A stretch of 64,000 bases of DNA from Eledone cirrhosa (lineage: Eukaryota), in NCBI GenBank assembly GCA_964016885.1, contig OZ024760.1, positions 5,642,001-5,706,000 on the forward strand. Direction: 5' to 3'. Position 1 is the first letter of the stretch; every line of letters starts with the position of its first letter. The translations under genes and the position numbers were made by a program. Shown piece by piece: positions 54,601-64,000 of this stretch. The notes beneath the pieces are model-generated. The model had not been told where the DNA came from. It made no database searches and was given only the letters and a program-made list of their open reading frames with translations.

Positions 54601-57504
54601 AAAATATGCAAATATTACAAGAAAAAAACAAAACACACAAAAAAAATAAAATAAAACAATACCAAATTTAAACATGGTTGTCTTGAAAATCGAATTGAAA
54701 CATGAGTGTATTTGAAATTCATAGAAATAATTAGAAATCTCAACGTTAGGAAAGCTGTTAAAACAGCGAAAGTCATCAATGGTAGCATGCAGGTCGGGTA
54801 AAAATACCTCAAAGGACAGAAATCAATGGCCAGTGGTTAGCAAAGAGAGAGGCAAAGCTGTGAGTTTTATGTTAAAACAGCCAAATGTCGGCAATGGTAG
54901 TATGCAGGGTGGGTAAATATACCTCAAAAGACAGAAATCAATGGCCAGTGGTTAGCGAAGAGAGAGGCAAAGCTGTGAGTTTTATGTTAAAACAGCCAAA
55001 TGTCGGCAATGGTAGTATGCAGGGTGGGTAAAAATACCTCAAAGGACAGAAATCAATGGCCAGTGGTTAGCAAAGAGAGAGGCAAAGCTGTGAGTTTTAT
55101 GTTAAAACAGCCAAATATCGGCAATGGTAGTATGCAGGTCGGGTAAAAATACCTCAAAGGACAGAAATCAATGGCCAGTGGTTAGCAAAGAGAGAGGCAA
55201 AGCTGTGAGTTTTATGTTAAAACAGCCAAATGTCGGCAATGGTAGTATGCAGGTCGGGTAAAAATACCTCAAAGGACAGAAATCAATGGCCAGTGGTTAG
55301 CAAAGAGAGAGGCAAAGCTGTGAGTTTTATGTTAAAACAGCCAAATGTCGGCAATGGTAGTATGCAGGGTGGGTAAATATACCTCAAAGGACAGAAATCA
55401 ATGGCCAGTGGTTAGCAAAGAGAGAGGCAAAGCTGTGAGTTTTATGTTAAAACAGCCAAATGTCGGCAATGGTAGTATGCAGGGTGGGTAAATATACCTC
55501 AAAGGACAGAAATCAATGGCCAGTGGTTAGCAAAGAGAGAGGCAAAGCTGTGAGTTTTATGTTAAAACAGCCAAATGTCGGCAATGGTAGTATGCAGGGT
55601 GGGTAAATATACCTCAAAGGACAGAAATCAATGGCCAGTGGTTAGCAAAGAGAGAGGCAAAGCTGTGAGTTTTATGTTAAAACAGCCAAATGTCGGCAAT
55701 GGTAGTATGCAGAGTGGGTAAAAATACCTCAAAGGACAGAAATCAATGGCCAGTGGTTAGCAAAGAGAGAGGCAAAGCTGTGAGTTTTATGTTAAAACAG
55801 CCAAATGTTGGCAATGGTAGTATGCAGAGTGGGTAAAAATACCTCAAAGGACAGAAATCGATGGCCAGTGGTTAGCAAAGAGAGAGGCAAAGCTGTGTGT
55901 TTTATGTTAAAACAGCCAAATGTCGGCAATGGTAGCATGCAGGGTGGGTAAATATACCCCAAAGGACAGAAATCAATGGCCAGTGGTTAGCGAAGAGAGA
56001 GGCAAAGCTGTGAGTTTTATGTTAAAACAGCCAAATGTCAGCAATGGTAGCATGCAGGGTGGGTAAATATACCTCAAAGGACAGAAATCAATGGCCAGTG
56101 GTTAGCGAAGAGAGAGGCAAAGCTGTGAGTTTTATGTTAAAACAGCCAAATGTCAGCAATGGTAGCATGCAGGGTGGGTAAAAATACCTCAAAGGACAGA
56201 AATCAATGGCCAGTGGTTAGCAAAGAGAGAGGCAAAGCTGTGAGTTTTATGTTAAAACAACCTAATGTCATCAAGGACACCATGCAGATCAGGTAAAAAT
56301 ACCTCAAAGAGAGAGGCAAAGCTGTGAGGTTTTATGTTAAATCAACCTAATGTCATCAAGGACACCATGCAGATCAGGTAAAAATACCTCAAAGAGAGAG
56401 GCAAAGCTGTGAGGTTTTATGTTAAAACAACCTAATGTCATCAAGGACACCATGCAGATCAGGTAAAAATACCTCAAAGAGAGAGGCAAAGCTGTGAGGT
56501 TTTATGTTAAAACAACCTAATGTCATCAAGGACACCATGCAGATCAGGTAAAAATACCTCAAAGAGAGAGGCAAAGCTGTGAGGTTTTATGTTAAAACAA
56601 CCTAATGTCATCAAGGACACCATGCAGATCAGGTAAAAATACCTCAAAGAGAGAGGCAAAGCTGTGAGGTTTTATGTTAAAACAACCTAATGTCATCAAG
56701 GACACCATGCAGATCAGGTAAAAATACCTCAAAGAGAGAGGCAAAGCTGTGAGGTTTTATGTTAAAACAACCTAATGTCATCAAGGACACCATGCAGATC
56801 AGGTAAAAATACCTCAAAGAGAGAGGCAAAGCTGTGAGGTTTTATGTTAAAACAACCTAATGTCATCAAGGACACCATGCAGATCAGGTAAAAATACCTC
56901 AAAGAGAGAGGCAAAGCTGTGAGGTTTTATGTTAAAACAACCTAATGTCATCAAGGACACCATGCAGATCAGGTAAAAATACCTCAAAGAGAGAGGCAAA
57001 GCTGTGAGGTTTTAACAGCTATTTCTAGCATTGGGATTTCTAATTATTTCTATGTATTTCAAATATCAAATTATTGGAATGTTACGGGGAAGGTGTTCCA
57101 TCATTTGCTATACACACACTCACACACACACGTATACACACACTCACACACATGTATACACACATATATAAACATATATACACACACTTATATACATGCA
57201 TGCATATACATATGTACACACACACACATATATATATACACACAAACACATACACACACATATACATTCTCACACACACATATATACACAGACACACACA
57301 TATATACACACACATATACACATACACACACATACATATACACATACACACTATTTTCTAAGAACTACTTACTGATTATTTGCTGATTGCATCTCTTTCT
57401 CTTGTTTTGTCATCGCCAGCAGATGTTCCAGTTTTACAATGTTGTCATCTCGTATTTTCAACATTTCATCAACTTGAGGCTGTCCTTCTGTGTCGAGTTC
57501 ACTC
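8815..57504 (-). CDS. TBC1D2B: TBC1 domain family member 2/2B-like Rab GTPase-activating protein (3' 14 exons, 5' end outside window)
   Basis: 14 GT-AG exons join in frame (1819 nt). Motifs [23 protein letters not shown] (Arg finger), GYCQGLN (Gln finger), [48 protein letters not shown] and the upstream [12 protein letters not shown] coiled-coil segments match my recollection of TBC1D2/2B. Choice of paralogue is uncertain in an invertebrate. Confidence 0.9.
9914..10480 (-). mobile_element. RTE-clade LINE 3' fragment with internal deletions
   Basis: [45 protein letters not shown]. Confidence 0.88.
10813..10890 (-). CDS. TBC1D2B: TBC1D2-like exon ([26 protein letters not shown])
   Basis: ttcttccag acceptor, AAG|gtgaga donor, 78 nt; IAFxxxNPF motif. 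Confidence 0.92.
11184..11247 (+). ncRNA. Minimal type-I hammerhead ribozyme motif
   Basis: ttttat-CTGATGA-stem II (ggacgtac/gtacctct)-GAAA-near-palindromic ATATGTAT-ATA site-ataaaa (stem I). Confidence 0.7.
11441..11641 (-). mobile_element. Short fold-back element, copy 1 (about 55-bp arms, 6-nt loop)
   Basis: taggagcgagtaggaccccgacggctgagctcaagcc...gaattagccgtcgaaacggcttgagctcagccgtcggggtcctactcgttccta; inside (TA)n. Confidence 0.8.
11894..11938 (-). ncRNA. Minimal type-I hammerhead ribozyme motif (gene-sense strand)
   Basis: Reverse complement reads agtca-CTGAAGA-g-GTCACA gagtg TGTGAC-GAAA-ggaCTA-tgact. Confidence 0.75.
12065..12290 (-). mobile_element. Degenerate RTE-like LINE C-terminal fragment
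   Basis: [23 protein letters not shown]...HGR; a similar piece ([14 protein letters not shown]...GRP) lies at 48215-48360. Confidence 0.55.
12520..14518. repeat. 48-bp minisatellite, about 42 copies
   Basis: gacacctacacaaccactttacaatgtggactgtgtgctttttgtcat. Confidence 0.95.
14671..14805 (-). CDS. TBC1D2B: TBC1D2-like exon ([20 protein letters not shown]...LNINHITQ)
   Basis: ttttcag acceptor, CAA|gtaagt donor, 135 nt. Confidence 0.93.
15330..16375 (+). mobile_element. RTE LINE 3' end interrupted by an internal 32-bp minisatellite
   Basis: ...[16 protein letters not shown]-[array][33 protein letters not shown]. Confidence 0.8.
15475..16243. repeat. 32-bp minisatellite, about 24 copies
   Basis: caaggcacagtagagggagaagaagaggcaga. 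Confidence 0.95.
17087..17263 (-). CDS. TBC1D2B: TBC1D2-like exon ([14 protein letters not shown]...[14 protein letters not shown])
   Basis: ttttccag acceptor, AAG|gtaggt donor, 177 nt. Confidence 0.95.
17655..18275. repeat. 105-bp tandem repeat
   Basis: gggaccccag at 17941, 18046, 18151 and 18256. Confidence 0.9.
18861..18998 (-). CDS. TBC1D2B: TBC1D2-like exon ([22 protein letters not shown]...AAQTDQ)
   Basis: (CT)n-ccag acceptor, CAG|gtaac donor, 138 nt. Confidence 0.95.
19390..19795 (-). mobile_element. CR1-like LINE 3' end
   Basis: [32 protein letters not shown]; tail gttgtagtgcacctgagcac plus (TTA)n. Confidence 0.8.
19795..19982 (-). mobile_element. Short fold-back element, copy 2 (2-nt loop)
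   Basis: Same arms and tail as 11441-11641. Confidence 0.8.
21136..21218 (+). ncRNA. Degenerate hammerhead motif
   Basis: tgc-CTGAaTGA-agggtcagt...actggacctt-GAAA-ccaatgTTA-gca; one-base insertion in the core. Confidence 0.45.
21385..21950 (+). mobile_element. CR1-like LINE 3' end (same family as 19390-19795, inverted)
   Basis: [12 protein letters not shown]...WNKLP; four copies of a 61-bp unit; same tail. Confidence 0.8.
21961..22380. mobile_element. MITE-like inverted repeat (about 110-bp arms) in (TA)n
   Basis: Arms 21961-22068 and 22271-22380, e.g. tgtacacaggtggaatca / tgattccacctgtgtaca. Confidence 0.7.
23296..23427 (-). CDS. TBC1D2B: TBC1D2-like exon ([12 protein letters not shown]...[19 protein letters not shown]), catalytic Arg/Gln fingers
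   Basis: tttgttcag acceptor, CAG|gtaagt donor, 132 nt; IxxDxxR and YxQ motifs. Confidence 0.95.
23927..24035 (-). CDS. TBC1D2B: TBC1D2-like exon ([36 protein letters not shown]), phase 2/0
   Basis: ttggaag acceptor, CAG|gtaaaa donor, 109 nt; phases fit. Confidence 0.88.
24095..24535. repeat. 109-bp tandem repeat
   Basis: ctatcatacaaaact at 24099, 24208, 24317 and 24426. Confidence 0.9.
25689..25834 (-). CDS. TBC1D2B: TBC1D2-like exon ([15 protein letters not shown]...[20 protein letters not shown]), phase 0/2
   Basis: ttccag acceptor, GG|gtgaga donor, 146 nt; TBC motif A. Confidence 0.93.
26000..26630. mobile_element. SINE family A (minus, 26000-26340) head-to-head with a related 3' half (plus, 26392-26630)
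   Basis: Family A sequence. Further partial relatives lie at 9535-9780, 12355-12540, 22387-22651, 27525-27775, 44640-44905 and 51670-51925. Confidence 0.8.
26840..27146 (+). mobile_element. Short fold-back element, copy 3 (about 130-nt loop)
   Basis: Same arms; tail on + strand; flanked by (TA)n. A truncated arm also occurs at 59501-59546. Confidence 0.8.
28184..28307 (-). CDS. TBC1D2B: TBC1D2-like exon ([41 protein letters not shown]), phase 2/0
   Basis: tttcag acceptor, AAG|gtaac donor, 124 nt; YDxYGF pre-TBC motif. Confidence 0.88.
28355..33612. repeat. Block of adjacent arrays: about 68-bp CT-rich (28370-30640), 36-bp GA-rich (30800-31310), 15-bp aatgtctgaggatag (31405-32547), (GAA)n/ggcaaa (32750-33612)
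   Basis: Periodicities read directly from the sequence. Confidence 0.92.
34225..34570 (-). mobile_element. SINE family A, full length
   Basis: Reverse complement of family A. Confidence 0.9.
35404..36110 (+). mobile_element. RTE-clade LINE 3' fragment
   Basis: [12 protein letters not shown]...[16 protein letters not shown]...[10 protein letters not shown]...[10 protein letters not shown]; one in-frame stop; (ATG)n tail. Confidence 0.9.
36528..36627 (-). CDS. TBC1D2B: TBC1D2-like exon ([33 protein letters not shown]), phase 1/2
   Basis: pyrimidine tract plus gttag acceptor, AC|gtaagt donor, 100 nt; phases fit both neighbours. Confidence 0.85.
37558..37720 (+). mobile_element. Hammerhead-bearing short element (family shared with 58644-58840)
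   Basis: CTGATGA at 37591, GAAA at 37610 and GTC at 37622, enclosed by 28-bp inverted arms; tail gtattgagtaccttacttactgtggttacc shared with 58788-58817. Confidence 0.6.
37931..38013 (+). ncRNA. Type-I hammerhead motif with long loop II
   Basis: actttc-CTGACGA-c-GGAATG...CATTCC-a-GAAA; perfect palindrome ACTAATTAGT in stem III; GTT site; ggaagt. Confidence 0.7.
39515..39600 (-). CDS. TBC1D2B: TBC1D2-like exon ([28 protein letters not shown]), phase 2/1
   Basis: atttttag acceptor, G|gtaaat donor, 86 nt; SKYL motif. Confidence 0.88.
44372..44590 (+). mobile_element. RTE LINE 3' fragment
   Basis: [16 protein letters not shown]...[17 protein letters not shown]. Confidence 0.85.
44906..46420 (+). 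mobile_element. Decayed CR1/L2-like LINE reverse transcriptase
   Basis: [60 protein letters not shown]; multiple frameshifts. Confidence 0.9.
46501..46940 (+). mobile_element. tRNA-derived SINE family B, two tandem copies
   Basis: ggcggtggattggcagtatcggtagag...gagttcaaatcc...gcctttcatccttacggggtcgataaaataaagtaccag; other copies at 4330-4520(-), 16628-16815(+), 19075-19380 (inverted pair) and 20772-20960(-). Confidence 0.85.
47162..47279 (+). ncRNA. Type-I hammerhead motif with long loop II and extended stem I
   Basis: aagcgtttg..taaact-CTGAAGA-c-acccgt...acaggt-a-GAAA-taattGTT-agttta-caaatgctt; (TA)n begins about 35 nt later. Confidence 0.7.
47826..48160 (+). mobile_element. tRNA-derived SINE family A, full length
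   Basis: A box tggcttagtgg, B box gagttcaattc, RTE-like 3' tail ending (ATG)n. Confidence 0.9.
48440..50180 (+). mobile_element. Penelope-like element 3' part: GIY-YIG endonuclease remnant, C-rich 3' region, hammerhead core
   Basis: [19 protein letters not shown]...PIARHF...[13 protein letters not shown]; CTGAAGAAGGGCTTATGCCCGAAACGTC at 50062; AATAAA at 50128; (TA)n at 50180. Confidence 0.85.
51306..51355 (+). ncRNA. Minimal type-I hammerhead motif
   Basis: gaacagca-CTGATGA-a-GGGTA c TACCC-a-GAAA-cattagtGTC-tgcagttc; tail to (TA)n at 51490; a second copy lies on the minus strand at 36118-36295. Confidence 0.75.
51990..52232. mobile_element. Inverted-repeat element (about 85-bp arms, about 60-bp spacer) in (TA)n
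   Basis: aaaatgagaaaactcat...cgatgggcaaaaatgcct / aggcattcttgcccatcg...atgagttttctcatttt; a shorter-armed IR element also lies at 36937-37165. Confidence 0.7.
52750..52856 (-). CDS. TBC1D2B: TBC1D2-like exon ([36 protein letters not shown]), phase 0/2
   Basis: ttttacaccag acceptor, AT|gtaagt donor, 107 nt; YxxQNKFL motif. Confidence 0.9.
52982..53209. mobile_element. TTAA-flanked (piggyBac-like) MITE, about 225 bp
   Basis: TTAA-cccttt...aaaggg-TTAA; copies at 16588-17030 (SINE inserted), 24534-24762, 39064-39274, 53990-54218, and a split copy at 57520-59071. Confidence 0.8.
53485..53590 (-). mobile_element. Relic of an RLE-type (CRE/R2-group) non-LTR retrotransposon C-terminus
   Basis: Translates [31 protein letters not shown], resembling the ..RLSxAIQRGNAA.. 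end of restriction-like endonuclease LINEs. Confidence 0.6.
54376..54589 (-). CDS. TBC1D2B: TBC1D2-like exon ([26 protein letters not shown]...RIETLN), phase 2/0
   Basis: ttttttacag acceptor, AAT|gtaagt donor, 214 nt, heptad-rich. Confidence 0.85.
54760..57012. repeat. Two-block satellite: about 13 x 115 bp followed by about 9 x 85 bp
   Basis: Anchors at 54811, 54926, 55041... (115 bp) and 56306, 56391, 56476... (85 bp). Confidence 0.95.
57373..57504 (-). CDS. TBC1D2B: TBC1D2-like exon ([44 protein letters not shown]), phase 2/2
   Basis: tttctttccag acceptor, CA|gtaagt donor, 132 nt open, coiled-coil-like; phase fits next exon. Confidence 0.8.
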
Positions 57505-57543
57505 CTGGAAAGAAACAGTTTAACCCTTTAGTATTTATATTAT

Positions 57544-57890
57544 GGAGGCACATGGCTTAGTGGTTAGAGCATTGGCCTAGCAATCGAAAGGTTGTGAGTT
57601 CAATTTTCAGACCGGGTGATGTGTTGTTTCCTTGAGCAAGACACTTTATTTCACATTGCTCCAGTTTACTCAGCTGTAGAAATGAGATGATACGGACTGG
57701 GGTCCCTATCATTCCACTGCAAAGTGGTCGTGGAGGTGCCACGGCAAAAAAGCACCCAGCACTCACTGTAAATGAGGTTGGTGTTAGGAAGGGCATCGAG
57801 CTGTAGAAATCAAGCCAGAATCAGTTCCCGTCCCACCCTTGCAAGCAGGGAAAAGCGGACATAAAATAAAATGATGATGATGATGATGAT
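57544..57890 (+). mobile_element. SINE family A, full length
   Basis: Near-identical to 47826-48160. Confidence 0.9.
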
Positions 57891-58643
57891 TACTCTACTA
57901 GCAAAAGAGCCTGTCGTTAGCAGGCACACCTTTCACCACTGTAAATAAAGACCCCCTCTCTCCTCAACATGGCTGTCTATAAATGGCCCTATAAACCTGC
58001 TATTTCAAGGAGAAGCACGATTTAAACTATATGTTGACATGCTCCAGGAGTTAAATAACCTATGTAGCAAATTTGAATGAAATAGGATGGAATTTGTAGA
58101 AATGCATCGCCTGCATACAGACAGACAGACAGAAAGAGAGACATTTTCATTTATATATCAACAGTTGATTGACTTTTTGACAAATCACACCGAGGAAACA
58201 ATATTTCCGTTGGTCTTTCCAATTGCTAATACTTTCTATCGGTCACAACTCCAGGTAGGAGCAATGTGAAATGAAGTGTCTTGCTCAAGGACATAACGCA
58301 TTGCCCTGTCCAGGAATTGAACTCACAACCTCATGATCGCGAATCCAATTCTCTTACCACTCAGCCATATATATATATATATAGTTATGTAGTAAACAAC
58401 ATAAGATAATTATTTCATTTACCAGTGGTTTCTTGAAAGCAACCAAAATTGCTTTCATTCATCAGAATGAAAAAATCCTGGTGTCTTTATTGACAGTGGA
58501 TTTGAAAAACAAAAATATAACAGACATGAAAGTGAGGCTGGAGGGAAAAAAAAAGGGGGGGGGGGAGAGAATAATAAATAAGAATATATAACAACACACA
58601 CGTACAGACACTCACGCACACACACATTCATATATATATATAT

Positions 58644-58838
58644 AGTTTTAATATAGATGAGATTCTACAGGACTAGAACTGTTTCATTCTTTAGAAATCA
58701 TCAGGAGATTCCTGATGATTTCTAAAGAATGAAACAGTTCTAGTCCTGTAGAATCTCATCTATATTAAAACTTTTATACTCTGCAATGTATTGAGTACCT
58801 TACTTACTGTGGTTACCTCCGATTCAACCCGGAATAAC

Positions 58839-58840
<2 letters not shown>
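58644..58840 (+). mobile_element. Hammerhead-bearing element with 129-bp palindrome (58644-58772)
   Basis: Mirror arms around a gat spacer; CTGATGA-tttc taaa gaat-GAAA on both strands; ends in (TA)n. Confidence 0.65.
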
Positions 58841-58889
<49 letters not shown>

Positions 58890-59116
58890 CTATTGTATTT
58901 TCGCAGTAAAGGATTTAAATCACATAATATCAAATCTATGATATTTTTATATTATTTATTTTCAGAACAATACCTTAACATCAGTATGATTGGCCAGTTT
59001 TGGCCAGTTTGAACAGAAAGAGGTGAGAGAATTCTGGCTGGATATGGCCAGTTTAAATGCTAAAGGGATAACCTGGTATAAGCTTATATATATATATATA
59101 TATATATAATCATCAT

Positions 59117-59147
<31 letters not shown>

Positions 59148-59546
59148 CCAAGCCAAGCGTTAATATCATCCACTACCTGGAATACCATAACTTGACTTCA
59201 CCTAAGTGGACTGCATTTAATTATTATTTGTTAATCCGTATATATATATATATATATATAATCATCATCATCATCGTCATATATATATATATATATAATC
59301 ATCATCATATATATATAAGAAGTGTATGTGAACAGGTTACTTACTCTTCTTATTTATAAATATATTCCGGAGTAAACTGACCGAACTTCACACTTCGTTG
59401 AGTGCTCTACCTTGCATACTGGAGTGTGAGTAATTAACCAACACATACTCCAATTAAAATTATATATATATATATACTATATATATCTATATCTATATAT
59501 ATAGGAACCAGTAAGACCCCGACAGCTGAGCTCAAGCCGTTTCGAC

Positions 59547-64000
<4,454 letters not shown>

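Overview
AT-rich, microsatellite-dense eukaryotic genomic DNA. The SINE and RTE-LINE families suggest a coleoid cephalopod, probably Octopus (inference). The only host gene is an intron-rich Rab-GAP of the TBC1D2/TBC1D2B family on the minus strand. I traced 14 GT-AG exons with consistent phases, from 57504 down to the stop at 8815 (about 605 aa: coiled-coil region plus a complete TBC domain). The 5' exons lie beyond the window. Almost all long ORFs in the track are microsatellite artefacts. The introns hold two tRNA-derived SINE families, RTE, CR1-like, Penelope and RLE-type retrotransposon fragments, TTAA- and TA-flanked MITEs, and many mini/satellite arrays, several visibly derived from TE segments. 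The most striking signal is about 9 minimal type-I hammerhead ribozyme motifs, in about 8 apparently unrelated short elements that mostly end in (TA)n. Many of these are converted into fold-back palindromes centred on or beside the ribozyme, and one has apparently captured about 110 bp of nearby intronic DNA in its loop. All folds and alignments were read by eye and need computational confirmation.
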